A stretch of DNA of 64,000 nucleotides from positions 544,001-608,000 of the forward strand of contig CAXXFF010000001.1 of NCBI GenBank assembly GCA_963676835.2, given 5' to 3'. Below the pieces are notes generated by a model. The model did not search any database, was not told the DNA's origin, and saw only the letters and a list, made by a program, of their open reading frames with translations. The first letter of the stretch is position 1. Each line of letters opens with the position of its first letter. Position numbers and translations under genes: made by a program. This document shows, one piece after another, positions 47,971 through 58,379 of this stretch. The stretch is from Marispirochaeta sp. (GTDB taxonomy: Bacteria; Spirochaetota; Spirochaetia; JC444; Marispirochaetaceae).

Positions 47971-48029
47971 TGTCCCCCCCCAGAGACGTTATGTATTAAG
48001 CCTACCAGCAAAAATGTGATTTGTCTACA

Positions 48030-49145
48030 TCATGTAAGGTCCGACATTCGTTCCATGGGCGATACAATCTCGGTAACACGGACACCGAAGTTCTCATCGA
48101 TGACCACAACCTCGCCCTTGGCGATGAGTTTATGGTTTACCAGGATATCGACCGGTTCACCTGCAAGTTTATCAAGCTCGATGATTGTACCTTCACCCAT
48201 ACCGAGTATTTCACGGATCAGCCGCTTGGTGCGTCCAAGTTCTACGGTCATCTCCATATAGACATCCATCAGAAGGCCTATATTTCCCTGATCACCTGCT
48301 GCAGCCTGGGGATAGAGATTGGGAAACTGAACAGACTGAACATTCGGGCTCATACCCATGCCCATTCCCATACCGCCACCCTGCATAGGGTTCTGGTATC
48401 CGCCACCGGCGGGTTGTCCCATCATTGCAGCCATCGGGTCCATTCCTCCTCCCATGTGTGGTGCCTGTGGCGGTGCCTGGGGCGCCGCCTGCTGAGCCGG
48501 AGGCTGAACCACCTCGTTGACTGCAGCAAGAGAAAAAATCTCCATTAACTGGGAAGGCTTCTCACCTTCAATAGTGACTGGATATGTGACTCTTACAAAA
48601 CCTTCAGCCGGCAGCGTGAGATTGGCCTTGAGGACCTTCTCGGTTTCTCCCGGAGATGTAAGCACTGTCTTGCCCACGGAATCACCGAGAAAAGTGGTAA
48701 TCGCCCCGGCAAGGGTATTTCCCGCCTCGGAGAGAGCAGAGAGAGCAGCATCATCAAGCTCAATCTCCTCCTGCCCCATCATCATCTGCGCCACCATTGT
48801 AGCCAGATTAGAGGGCATAATATACATATGTTCCCCGACAATACCTTCGGTGAAATCAATGCGGGTCACGACCATTTCATCCGGCGCAGTCTCAACAAAT
48901 CCGTCCCGATTGGTAAGCTCCACTTCGGGCTGACCGATTGTTACCGATTTTCCAACGATACCGGACAGATTGGAAGCCTGACTGGAAACTGCCCCCGACA
49001 GCTTGGAGGCAAACTCCATCTGCTGTTCCTGAGACAATCCACCCCCGGCGGACTGTCCACCGGAAGGTTCTCCACCAAAATCAAATCCGCCGCCGCCTGA
49101 CAGCAATGCATCTATTTCGTCTTGCGATAATGAACCATCACTCAT
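48030..49145 (-). CDS. fliY: flagellar switch protein FliY/FliN
   Basis: LSQDEIDALL, CheC-like middle, C-terminal SpoA GEVVVIDENFGVR. Confidence 0.92.
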   Translation of the reverse strand: MSDGSLSQDEIDALLSGGGGFDFGGEPSGGQSAGGGLSQEQQMEFASKLSGAVSSQASNLSGIVGKSVTIGQPEVELTNRDGFVETAPDEMVVTRIDFTEGIVGEHMYIMPSNLATMVAQMMMGQEEIELDDAALSALSEAGNTLAGAITTFLGDSVGKTVLTSPGETEKVLKANLTLPAEGFVRVTYPVTIEGEKPSQLMEIFSLAAVNEVVQPPAQQAAPQAPPQAPHMGGGMDPMAAMMGQPAGGGYQNPMQGGGMGMGMGMSPNVQSVQFPNLYPQAAAGDQGNIGLLMDVYMEMTVELGRTKRLIREILGMGEGTIIELDKLAGEPVDILVNHKLIAKGEVVVIDENFGVRVTEIVSPMERMSDLT

Positions 49146-49147
49146 GA

Positions 49148-50173
49148 CTACTCTTCTCCTTCGACGGCAAGCTCTTCGAATTCTTCTTTTTCAACATCTT
49201 CGAGCTTCTGGGTTATCTGCACCGCCACCTTATTCCCAACAAGACCGGGCCTGCACATGAATTTTTGTCTGTTACCAATCTTGAGAACCATGGGGTCTCC
49301 GGTCCTGGTATCCTGCAGGCGGATCACATCACCGCCTCTCAGGGATAGTACATCTCTGACAGTAAGATTAATACTGCCGATCTCTGCAACGACATTCACC
49401 TGTACAGTGGAAAGCCGTTCCTTGATTATGTTTAAATTCTCCGTTGTGGCTCCGGAGCGTACTGTTGAATACATATACTGGGCGGAAAGCTTCGAAATAA
49501 TCGGTTCGATGGTCAGATAGGGAATACAGAAGTTCATCATTCCCTCTACTTCTCCGACTTTTGTTTCCAGCGTAACCAGAACGACCATTTCCGTTGGAGG
49601 AACAATCTGGGCAAACTGGGGATTGGTTTCAATCTGTCCCAGGCGGGGTCTCAGATCAATAACCTGGCTCCAGGCCTCCCGCAGGTTTCCCAGAATACGG
49701 ACAATGATTCCTTCCATTACCGATTGTTCGATATCCGAAAGATCCCGCTGAACCTTTGTTCCCTCTCCCTGACCTCCGAAAAGACGGTCAATAATGGAAA
49801 AGGTAATGGCAGGATCTATTTCCAGTACAGCGGACCCTTTGAGAGGATCCATATTTATAATTCCCAAGGTCGTTGGATTGGGGATAGAACGGATAAACTC
49901 TTCGTAGGTCAGCTGATCTACCGATGCAACATGGACATGAACCATACTGCGCAGCTGTGCCGAGAGAGCTGTTGTAGTAAGACGGGCAAAGGTCTCATGC
50001 ATGATTGAAACCGTACGGATCTGTTCTTTCGAGAACTTGTCCGGACGTTTAAAATCATAGATCTTGATCTTACGCTGATCAGTAGCCTGTGAGACCTCTT
50101 CGCTTTCGATATCCCCTGTTGAAATCGCCGTTAACAGCTGGTCAATTTCGTCCTGGGAAAGTACTTCGTTCAT
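49148..50173 (-). CDS. fliM: flagellar switch protein FliM
   Basis: VLSQDEIDQLL, YDFKRPDKFSKEQ. Confidence 0.97.
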   Translation of the reverse strand: MNEVLSQDEIDQLLTAISTGDIESEEVSQATDQRKIKIYDFKRPDKFSKEQIRTVSIMHETFARLTTTALSAQLRSMVHVHVASVDQLTYEEFIRSIPNPTTLGIINMDPLKGSAVLEIDPAITFSIIDRLFGGQGEGTKVQRDLSDIEQSVMEGIIVRILGNLREAWSQVIDLRPRLGQIETNPQFAQIVPPTEMVVLVTLETKVGEVEGMMNFCIPYLTIEPIISKLSAQYMYSTVRSGATTENLNIIKERLSTVQVNVVAEIGSINLTVRDVLSLRGGDVIRLQDTRTGDPMVLKIGNRQKFMCRPGLVGNKVAVQITQKLEDVEKEEFEELAVEGEE

Positions 50174-50182
50174 CCCCTGTCC

Positions 50183-50743
50183 TTAGAAGTCAAGAATCTG
50201 CATATCCATAATTATAACCTGATCAATATTCGGTCCCGTCATGGAATCGTTGACCAGGGTTTTCAGTTCACCGGTTATCTGCGCCTCATGCCGCGGTGTA
50301 AGCTCAGCGGCGGTCTTTTTACTGAAGAACGAACGGATCCGTGCCTGAAGCGGCGCCTGCCGGTCATTCAGCTCGGTAAGGATGGTCTTGTTATCCTTCT
50401 CGTAACCGATCTTAACCTTTACGATAACAGTCAAAGGTTCAGCATCACTGGTCCGGGTTCTTATTTCTTCGATTCCGTCCCACCACTGCAGTATGGGTTC
50501 TTCACCTTCATATTCTTCAGAAATAGCCGGCAGCGCCTGCTGAGCGCTTCCCCTGTTCAGTATCTGCATGGTTATTACAACAACAGTTACTATAAAGATA
50601 ATCGCAGCCAGACCCATGGCGACCAGTTTGAGGATTTTGATAAGTATCTCAGGAAGAAAACCGCCGCGGCCTCCCCCGTCGGGTTCCGCACCGCCGGTGA
50701 CGTCGTCATCACCGAATACTACATCATCATCTGCCATACACAT
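50183..50743 (-). CDS. fliL: flagellar basal body protein FliL
   Basis: Single TM; located between motB and fliM. Confidence 0.85.
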   Translation of the reverse strand: MCMADDDVVFGDDDVTGGAEPDGGGRGGFLPEILIKILKLVAMGLAAIIFIVTVVVITMQILNRGSAQQALPAISEEYEGEEPILQWWDGIEEIRTRTSDAEPLTVIVKVKIGYEKDNKTILTELNDRQAPLQARIRSFFSKKTAAELTPRHEAQITGELKTLVNDSMTGPNIDQVIIMDMQILDF

Positions 50744-50825
50744 TATCTCCCGGACTGCCGGATTCTACCGGAACCGTCCAACAAAAAAATATCAAATATG
50801 GGTCCCTTGTGCAAACCCTCGAAAA

Positions 50826-51551
50826 TCAAAGATGACCGTCGGTCAAAATAACTATATCAATCCTGCGGTTATACGCCCTGCCCTCGGGAGTATCATTACT
50901 CGCCAGGGGGACAGTATCAGCGAATCCGGCAACCTGAAACTGCTTCTCCGGCACACCATACTGCATAAGATACTTGAGGGTGTTCACCGAACGGGCCGAA
51001 GAGAGCTCCCAGTTGGTCGGCCAGTCACCGTCAGGATCGGTGGGCATGGAATCCGTATGCCCTTCAATTCTGAATTTTCTATCCTCCAGGGAAATCAGAA
51101 GCCTTGATACTTTCTGCAGTGTCTCCCTGGTATTATCGATATCAACCTCCGCCGACGCGGGCCTGAAAAACGAGTCCGCCGCAAGGCTTATTATAAGCCC
51201 CCGTTCATCCTCGGTTATCCTCACCTTTTTGCTCTTAATCTCCGGCTGAAACTGACTGATGGCAAGCTTACGGGCCTTGTCCAGGGCCCGCCCCTTATCC
51301 ATGGAAGGCAGGGACATAATATTATTCCCCAGCTCCGCCAGCTCTCCTGCCTGAAGGGTATTCCCTCCCTCCAGCACACCGAGACCGGAAAAGGCGGCAA
51401 GTATCAGCTTGAGCTGAGAACCGTCCACTTCTGCGGTGGTGTACATCATAACAAAGAAGGTAAGCAGCAGGGTTACCATGTCACCATAGGTGAGCATCCA
51501 GTCTGCGGCACCTTCGGGAGGACATTTTTTACACTTCTTCGGTGCAGCCAT
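50826..51551 (-). CDS. motB: flagellar stator MotB
   Basis: WMLTYGDMVTLLLTFF, EGHTD, NWELS, NRRIDI. Confidence 0.97.
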   Translation of the reverse strand: MAAPKKCKKCPPEGAADWMLTYGDMVTLLLTFFVMMYTTAEVDGSQLKLILAAFSGLGVLEGGNTLQAGELAELGNNIMSLPSMDKGRALDKARKLAISQFQPEIKSKKVRITEDERGLIISLAADSFFRPASAEVDIDNTRETLQKVSRLLISLEDRKFRIEGHTDSMPTDPDGDWPTNWELSSARSVNTLKYLMQYGVPEKQFQVAGFADTVPLASNDTPEGRAYNRRIDIVILTDGHL

Positions 51552-51557
51552 ACTACT

Positions 51558-52340
51558 CTACTCCGCCGCCGATTCCGCCATAATCGCTTCACGCCGTGAA
51601 GGAGGCAGAAAACTGAGAAGTTTAACTTCCAGTATACGCGGGTTGTCTCCGGACTGAATCGAAAGTATTCCTTCGATCATTATTTCCTTGACCAGGGTTT
51701 CAGTTTTATCCCGGTCTTCCAGTTTTCCTTTTATAGGAACAAGCACAAGGTTGGCAACAATTGCACCATACATGGTGGTAATAAGCGCAAGAGCCATACC
51801 AGATCCAATAGCGTCTGCATCGTTAAGGTTGGCAAGCATGGCAATAAGCCCCGCCAGGGTTCCGATCATACCGAATGCAGGGGCGTACTTTCCCCAGTCA
51901 TCAAAGATCTTTATTCCATCTGCATGGCGTTCGTTAATCTGATTAAGTTCGTTATACAGAAGGCTCTTGATAATCTCCGGATCAGTACCGTCGACCACGA
52001 GCTGGATACCTTTTTTCATAAACTCCTGGTCAACTTCCTCAAGATCATCCTCAAGTGCCAGCAGTCCTTCCCGGCGCGCCTTTTCAGAAAAGTTTACCAG
52101 AGTGGAGATTATAGCCTCTTCTCCCCAGTTGGGTACATTCAGGGCAATGTTGACAAACTTCATCATTCCCAGAACCCTGGAAAGGGGGTTGGAAACCATT
52201 AGAGCCGCAAATGAACCACCCACAACCATAAAGATAGATGGGATATCGATATAGGAGCCCATGGAACCACCGGATGTAAGGATGGACATCAGGATCATTA
52301 CAGCCCCGAGTACAACGCCAAGTATCGTTCCTAAATCCAT
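51558..52340 (-). CDS. motA: flagellar stator MotA
   Basis: ARREGLLALE, APAFGMIGT, ALITTMYG. Confidence 0.97.
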   Translation of the reverse strand: MDLGTILGVVLGAVMILMSILTSGGSMGSYIDIPSIFMVVGGSFAALMVSNPLSRVLGMMKFVNIALNVPNWGEEAIISTLVNFSEKARREGLLALEDDLEEVDQEFMKKGIQLVVDGTDPEIIKSLLYNELNQINERHADGIKIFDDWGKYAPAFGMIGTLAGLIAMLANLNDADAIGSGMALALITTMYGAIVANLVLVPIKGKLEDRDKTETLVKEIMIEGILSIQSGDNPRILEVKLLSFLPPSRREAIMAESAAE

Positions 52341-52346
52341 TAAAGG

Positions 52347-52544
52347 CTACTCCTCATTTTTGAATGCCCCTATCTGCCGGCGGTAGTCCACTATAGACGC
52401 AAAAACGGTCTGGTAGTCCTCGCGAACCACCAGCCGTTTGCCCGACAACATTATCAGGGTCGTATCAGGATTGGCTTCGATGTATTCAATCTGATGGGGA
52501 TTTACCCAGTATACTGTTCCATCAAGCCTGCTCACTTCAATCAT
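52347..52544 (-). CDS. flbD: flagellar FlbD family protein
   Basis: MIEVSRLDG...NPHQIEYIEANPDT. Confidence 0.92.
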   Translation of the reverse strand: MIEVSRLDGTVYWVNPHQIEYIEANPDTTLIMLSGKRLVVREDYQTVFASIVDYRRQIGAFKNEE

Positions 52545-52565
52545 TTACGCCCCTATTCTAACCCC

Positions 52566-53960
52566 TTAACGCTTTAAGGTCAAAAGCTCCTGCAGCATCT
52601 GGTCGGAGGTCTGAATGGTCTTGCTGTTGGACTGAAAACCCCTCTGGGTTACAATCATATCAGTAAACTGTTCGGCCAGGTCAACATTACTCATTTCAAG
52701 AGCACCGGCAATAAACTTTCCCTTGCCGGCTACACCGCTGGCGGAAATATTGGCAAAACCGGAGTTGTTGGTTACCACGTAGGTGCTTTCACCGGCTTTT
52801 TCAAGTCCGCCGGGGTTGGTGAAACTTGCAAGCGCCACCTGGGCGATGGTCCGGTTGGTGCCGTTGGAGTAGACACCGGTTATCATACCGGACTGGTCGA
52901 TCTTGAAGCTCTCAAGATAGCCCATGGGGTATCCGTTCTGGCTGAAAGCCTTGGTGGAGCTCTTTTCTGCAAACTGGGTCATGGAATTGACCACACTGCC
53001 GATCTCCCCGAGGTTCAGGTTGAAGGTCTGCCGCAGAACCTCACCGGCTTCGGTGGGGTTGGCATTGGGAACATCAAAGGTGATAGGCACCTGAAGATTT
53101 CCGGTATTGATCAGATCGCCCTGGGCGTCGTTGGCGCTTTCCAGGGTTCCCAGGTTATTGAAGTTAACCGTAAAAGTCGCATCACCGTTGTTTTCCGCCC
53201 CGATTTCCGCCAGGGTATTGGCAGTATCCACGCCGTTTGCATCGGGATCCAGGGTTACCACCGCATCCCAGCTGTTGGGCTGGCCTACGGCTTTGGTAAA
53301 GTTAATGCGCATTGTATGAGTATTACCGAAGCTGTCATAGATTGTCTTGTCGATGGTCCAGGTGTTCTCCAGGGTTTCCGCAGGTCCTGCTCCGGGAGGA
53401 ATCTCGGTGGTTCTCTTGTCCAGGTTACAGGCAAGGCTGACTTCGGTAGTAGCCGCTGCGGGATCCTTGCCGCCGACAGGTATGGTTATATCCCCTACAT
53501 CGGCTGCGGTATTGAGAATAGTAGTACCCTCGACCTGTTCCGCCATCCAGCCCTGAACCTTGAGTCCATTGGCGGGATTAACCAGCAGGCCGGTCTCATC
53601 GATACCGAAAGCTCCCGCCCGGGTAAAGAATTCCTTGTCACCGTTCTTCATCACAAAGAAACCGTTTCCCTGAATAGCCACATCGGTCATAACACCGGTG
53701 GTCTGAAGTGACCCCTGGGTGTGAATGGTATCAATAGAAGCTATAGTCATTCCAAGGCCGACCTGTTTGGGGTTTACACCGCCAAGATCTTCCGTGGGAC
53801 GGGCTGCGCCGGACATGGTCTGTGAGAGCATATCCTGGAAGTTGACCCTTCCCTTTTTAAACCCGATGGTGTTTACATTGGAAATATTGTTTCCAATTAC
53901 ATCCATACGGGTCTGATGATTCTGCAGACCGGATACACCGGCATAAAGTGATCGCATCAT
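52566..53960 (-). CDS. flgE: flagellar hook protein FlgE
   Basis: [29 protein letters not shown]. Confidence 0.97.
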   Translation of the reverse strand: MMRSLYAGVSGLQNHQTRMDVIGNNISNVNTIGFKKGRVNFQDMLSQTMSGAARPTEDLGGVNPKQVGLGMTIASIDTIHTQGSLQTTGVMTDVAIQGNGFFVMKNGDKEFFTRAGAFGIDETGLLVNPANGLKVQGWMAEQVEGTTILNTAADVGDITIPVGGKDPAAATTEVSLACNLDKRTTEIPPGAGPAETLENTWTIDKTIYDSFGNTHTMRINFTKAVGQPNSWDAVVTLDPDANGVDTANTLAEIGAENNGDATFTVNFNNLGTLESANDAQGDLINTGNLQVPITFDVPNANPTEAGEVLRQTFNLNLGEIGSVVNSMTQFAEKSSTKAFSQNGYPMGYLESFKIDQSGMITGVYSNGTNRTIAQVALASFTNPGGLEKAGESTYVVTNNSGFANISASGVAGKGKFIAGALEMSNVDLAEQFTDMIVTQRGFQSNSKTIQTSDQMLQELLTLKR

Positions 53961-53974
53961 ATATCAGTAGCCTC

Positions 53975-54409
53975 CTAGCGCATTACCTTATTTATATCGT
54001 TAACATCATAATAGCAGCCGTTCACCAGAACCTGGGGAAACTCCTTGCCGGACACAGCTTCCACCGTACCCTGGACAGTCTCTTCTCCGCTGATAATTTC
54101 AACTTCCCGGCCAAGGGTATTCATTGCCTTGGCGGAAGCCATAACTCCGGAAAGCTGCCCGAAAGAAGTTGCCATATTGGTCATCTGCTCAAGGGTGGAG
54201 AACTGTGCCATCTGGGCTATGAATTCCTTGTCCTTCATGGGCTCTGTAGGATCCTGATGAGTAAGCTGGGTAATAAGGATTTTCATAAAATCATCCTTGT
54301 CCAGCTCCTGTTTTGACTGCCGGCCCTGATTGACCATCTTGTTGAGCATATCCACCTGCATCTGGGTCTGTGCTTTTTCACCTGCATTCATAGTGGTAGA
54401 TAAATCCAT
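53975..54409 (-). CDS. flgD: hook capping protein FlgD
   Basis: DDFMKILITQLTHQDPTEP, AQMAQFSTLEQ. Confidence 0.96.
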   Translation of the reverse strand: MDLSTTMNAGEKAQTQMQVDMLNKMVNQGRQSKQELDKDDFMKILITQLTHQDPTEPMKDKEFIAQMAQFSTLEQMTNMATSFGQLSGVMASAKAMNTLGREVEIISGEETVQGTVEAVSGKEFPQVLVNGCYYDVNDINKVMR

Positions 54410-54427
54410 TGCAACTCTCCTGTACGC

Positions 54428-55909
54428 CTATACGTAAACGTTCACCCGGCTGTCGGAAAATAGATCCGAATCAAGCCGTGGAACCTGTTCATCAAATACT
54501 TCACTCACCCTGCGGGAGGAAACCTGACTGGAATCCCTGTCCCGCTGCCCGGAATGCCTGCCATCACGGCCGCCGACGGTTACCTCCAGCCCGGCGGTCT
54601 GAAAACCATGCTCCCGGAAGCTACGGTTAAGCTGTTCCATATTCTCCTGAAAAACTTCCCGTACACTACTATTTTCGACAATTATCCGTCCGCCTATATG
54701 CTTATCGTTGAGATTAAGGCGGATTCTTACTTCACCGAGCTTTTCGGGCTTGAGAATCAGCTTGATTTCTCCCTGATCCTGCTCCTTGAGCATAAACTGG
54801 GCTTTTTTAAGGATTTCACTGTTGCCGCCGTCCCGCAGAGCCCGGGACAATTCGCCGGCAGCACGGGATGTAGTATCAAAGCTTTTGAGGCTTGAAGAAT
54901 CTTCTTTTGAAGAATCGCTGCCGATAACCAGAACCTGCTCACGAAAGGTGCTGTCACCTTCAGTGCGCAGCGGAACCGAGCCGGAATCCCTGGACTCGGC
55001 AACTTCCGGCCGGGCCTGATCTCCCCGCATCCGTGACGCAGTTCCTTCAAGGGAGCCCGCTTTTTTTCCGCGAAGATCCACAACCTCAATCTCCGGACCC
55101 TTTGCCTGTGCAGCTTTAGTTTTATCGGTGCTGTTCTTCCGCGGATCCCCGATTATGCCTGCGGCAATGGCGTCATCCTTCCCGCTCCGAACGGTGTTGT
55201 CACTTCCGGACGATTTCAGTTCCGTACCAGAAGCCCCTGCGGCAGCACCGGATAATGATGCGGTTTCAGCCTGTGCCATACCCTCTTCAGAACCATCAGC
55301 CAGAACAGAAAGCTGCACAGTTTCAGATTCTGCCGCAGGAACATCGGCACTCTGCCTCAGTACAGCCGAGAGTTCTTCTTTAGAAGAGTCAGAATCTGCA
55401 ATTCCCTTTTCTGCGGAAACGGAGGTGAAGCCTGCTGCATTTTTGGAAAGCGGGTTCTTTACCTGAGTTCGTTCATCAGCCCCTGTTGTGTCTGAAGATT
55501 TTTCACGGGTATTCTTTTGTAATCTGTTTTCGGATTTGATACTTTTATCCGCTGCTTCAGAGGCCTCTTTCCGGGATTTTTTCACTTTGCCGTCTGCATC
55601 GGCATTCAAACCGTCAGAAGATGCGCGTGACGGCGACTTCTCCCCTGAAGCGTCTTTGTTTCCATAGGGATCTGCATACTGTTCAGTGTACTCAGTGTTC
55701 GCTGCGCCTGAAGCCTCCCCGGCGGAACCATTTTCGACAGTTCTGTCGTATTCCCGCAATTCCGGGCCGGAACTGTATTGGGCAGACTGCCGGGTATCTT
55801 CGGCTCTGCTCAGATAATCACTGAAGGGAGGTCCGCCGACCTCCGCCGGTGCCGGCAGATTTGCCTGATACTGAGTGTCGAAGGAGAGGATATCTACTGC
55901 TGATATCAT
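54428..55909 (-). CDS. fliK: hook-length control protein FliK
   Basis: Low-complexity N-terminus; LKPEKLGEVRI C-terminal domain. Confidence 0.9.
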   Translation of the reverse strand: MISAVDILSFDTQYQANLPAPAEVGGPPFSDYLSRAEDTRQSAQYSSGPELREYDRTVENGSAGEASGAANTEYTEQYADPYGNKDASGEKSPSRASSDGLNADADGKVKKSRKEASEAADKSIKSENRLQKNTREKSSDTTGADERTQVKNPLSKNAAGFTSVSAEKGIADSDSSKEELSAVLRQSADVPAAESETVQLSVLADGSEEGMAQAETASLSGAAAGASGTELKSSGSDNTVRSGKDDAIAAGIIGDPRKNSTDKTKAAQAKGPEIEVVDLRGKKAGSLEGTASRMRGDQARPEVAESRDSGSVPLRTEGDSTFREQVLVIGSDSSKEDSSSLKSFDTTSRAAGELSRALRDGGNSEILKKAQFMLKEQDQGEIKLILKPEKLGEVRIRLNLNDKHIGGRIIVENSSVREVFQENMEQLNRSFREHGFQTAGLEVTVGGRDGRHSGQRDRDSSQVSSRRVSEVFDEQVPRLDSDLFSDSRVNVYV

Positions 55910-55918
55910 CTGTTTTAA

Positions 55919-56542
55919 TCATCCTCCTGTAACCTCCGGCTTCTTCAGCATTTTCCTGTTAAGGACCGCTGCTTTTTCCGCAGGCATTAATTGCAGCCAG
56001 TACGAAACAACCGAAGCTTCGCCGGTTTCCCGGGAAATCTGTTCGGTCATACGCAGGATGTCTATAACATCCTGGTCGTCCATCTCTACGAGCCTTGCCA
56101 CAGCAAGCTTCGGATCCATACCGGTAAAGTATGTTGCCGCCTGCCGAAGGTTCGCATTCTTATTTTCGTACTGTTTTACAATTTCATTGAATGATTTTTC
56201 CCTGTCTTCCAGGGCTTTCTCCTGCTCCTTCAGTGCTTCCGCCATCTGAAGCAGCTCTTCCTCCTTGGAAGTAAGCTCTTCTTCCCACTCTGCCAGGGAT
56301 GCTTCGCGGCGGTCCATCTCCTCGTACATCTTGTCCAGACGGGCCTGATCCAGCATCATCGGGGAGCCGGAATCAACCACCTCCTCCGGTGTAGCCAGGC
56401 CGAAAAACGAGAGAATCGGATGCAGTTTTTCCCGGACATCCATTAGTCCCAGGTAGTCAAACCAGAGGAGCCCCCCGAGAAAAAGTATGCCGATAAGCAG
56501 CATTAAAACGAATATTCTGTAGCCCCGGTTTATGGCCCTCAT
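55919..56542 (-). CDS. flbB: periplasmic-flagellum collar protein FlbB
   Basis: WFDYLG TM end, coiled coil, SYWLQLM; spirochaete position between fliJ and fliK. Confidence 0.85.
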   Translation of the reverse strand: MRAINRGYRIFVLMLLIGILFLGGLLWFDYLGLMDVREKLHPILSFFGLATPEEVVDSGSPMMLDQARLDKMYEEMDRREASLAEWEEELTSKEEELLQMAEALKEQEKALEDREKSFNEIVKQYENKNANLRQAATYFTGMDPKLAVARLVEMDDQDVIDILRMTEQISRETGEASVVSYWLQLMPAEKAAVLNRKMLKKPEVTGG

Positions 56543-57018
56543 CTGACTCTCCCTGCCGCACTGCCCGCGACTTCCGCGGCAAACTCAACGTTCCGGGCTG
56601 CAGCACCGGAATTGAGCTCATCAAGCATTGCGATATCAGCTTTTTTCTGTTCTTTATAAAATTCCAGCTGCCGCTTTTCCCTGAGCTTGTCAAAAACCTT
56701 CCGTTCCTTCGAAGCTTCCAGATAGCCCGCCTGTATCTCTTCGCGTTCAGCAGTTAGAACCTGAAGATCCCGGGTATAGGTACTGTCAAGCTGCTCCATG
56801 CGGCGGATGTAATTCTCCGCAGCCGCACACTGACTCAGATCGTTTCCCGCTTCTGCCCTGAGAGTGAAACCTTTCTGCCGCTGGCTGCGGCAGGCATCTA
56901 TCTTCTGCCGGATCTCTTCCATGCGGCCGGTTATTTCTCCCAGCTTAATTTCCCATTCCCGCTCCCGGTACTCTTTCAGTTCAAGCAGCTTCTGCAGTTT
57001 AAAATGAAATTTCCGCAT
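56539..57018 (-). CDS. fliJ: flagellar export protein FliJ
   Basis: FHFKLQKLLELK, coiled coil, LDE tail; follows fliI. Confidence 0.9.
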   Translation of the reverse strand: MRKFHFKLQKLLELKEYREREWEIKLGEITGRMEEIRQKIDACRSQRQKGFTLRAEAGNDLSQCAAAENYIRRMEQLDSTYTRDLQVLTAEREEIQAGYLEASKERKVFDKLREKRQLEFYKEQKKADIAMLDELNSGAAARNVEFAAEVAGSAAGRVR

Positions 57019-58331
57019 CAGGAATCTCCCATACCTGCAAGCCTGCGGAGCTCGCCGAGGGTATCTTCAACATCAGCCTGTTCATCAATGCCCTGCACCA
57101 GAAATTCACGGATGGCCGGCATTTTCTCGATGGCTTCATCAACCAGAGGATTGGCTCCCCGCACGTAGGCGCCGACATTAATCAGGTCTTCAGTTTCGTT
57201 ATAGCCGGCCATAAGCTGCCTCAGCTTACCAGCCGCTTTAAGATCTTCAGAAGAAGCCACTTTGGTTCCCAGCCTTGAAAGGGAATCCAGTACATCGATG
57301 GCCGGATAATGATAGCGCTGGGCAAGGCCCCGGCTCAAAATGATATGACCGTCGAGGATTCCCCGTACAGTGTCCGCCACGGGATCATCCATATCATCTC
57401 CATCAACCAGAATGGTGTAAAAACCGGTAATGGTGCCCTTGTCGGAAGTTCCACAGCGTTCAAGCAGTTTTGGCAGCAGAGAGAATACCGAGGGAGTGTA
57501 TCCCCGGGTGGCCGGAGGTTCGCCCACGGCCAGTCCTATTTCGCGCTGGGCCCGGGCAAAACGGGTAACGGAATCAAAAAGGAGCATTACATCCTTACCC
57601 TGATCACGAAAGTACTCGGCTATGGCGGTGGCCACATAGGCTCCCCGGAGACGAGCCAGCGGTGGTGTATCTGACGAGGAGACAACCAGTACCGAGCGCT
57701 TGAGCCCTTCGGGGCCAAGGTCATTTTCGATAAACTCCCGGACTTCCCGTCCCCGTTCACCTATAAGTGCAATAACGTTGACATCAGCAGAAGTGTTACG
57801 GGCAATCATCCCAAGGAGGGTGGATTTACCTACACCGGAGCCGGAGAAAATTCCCAGACGCTGGCCTTTGCCCACCGGAGTAAAGGCATCCAGGGCACGA
57901 ACACCGGTGATAATCCGATCTTTAATTGTGCTGCGTTTAAGTACGTCAGGTGGTTCCGCAATGGAAGGATAGGAATCGACAGACCCGACGGTGGGACCGT
58001 CATCCATGGGTCTTCCCAGACTGTCCAGGACACGGCCGAGAAGCCGTGGAGAAACAGGAACAGAAAGAGAGGTCCCCAGAGCGGTAACCCGGCATCCCGC
58101 CTCAATACCTTCCATCCCCTGAAAGGGCATCAGCTGCACCGTGTCTTCTGAAAACCCCACGATCTCCGCCGGGACGGTTCCCTTTCCCTTGGGTACATCG
58201 ATGTGACAGAGTTCGCCCACCATGCCGTGGGGCCCGTGGCTCTCTATCATAAGCCCCTTCACCCGCTGTACATGGCCGGTATATTTTATAGGATCAAGAT
58301 CCTCGAGAACTGCATTGTACTTTTCGAACAT
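57018..58331 (-). CDS. fliI: flagellar export ATPase FliI
   Basis: GSGVGKS, IGERGREV, DSVTRFA, GILDGH. Confidence 0.97.
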   Translation of the reverse strand: MFEKYNAVLEDLDPIKYTGHVQRVKGLMIESHGPHGMVGELCHIDVPKGKGTVPAEIVGFSEDTVQLMPFQGMEGIEAGCRVTALGTSLSVPVSPRLLGRVLDSLGRPMDDGPTVGSVDSYPSIAEPPDVLKRSTIKDRIITGVRALDAFTPVGKGQRLGIFSGSGVGKSTLLGMIARNTSADVNVIALIGERGREVREFIENDLGPEGLKRSVLVVSSSDTPPLARLRGAYVATAIAEYFRDQGKDVMLLFDSVTRFARAQREIGLAVGEPPATRGYTPSVFSLLPKLLERCGTSDKGTITGFYTILVDGDDMDDPVADTVRGILDGHIILSRGLAQRYHYPAIDVLDSLSRLGTKVASSEDLKAAGKLRQLMAGYNETEDLINVGAYVRGANPLVDEAIEKMPAIREFLVQGIDEQADVEDTLGELRRLAGMGDS

Positions 58332-58379
58332 CCTCCCCTCCCACAGGTCAGGTTCGTTTCTATTCAGCCCGGACGGCGC

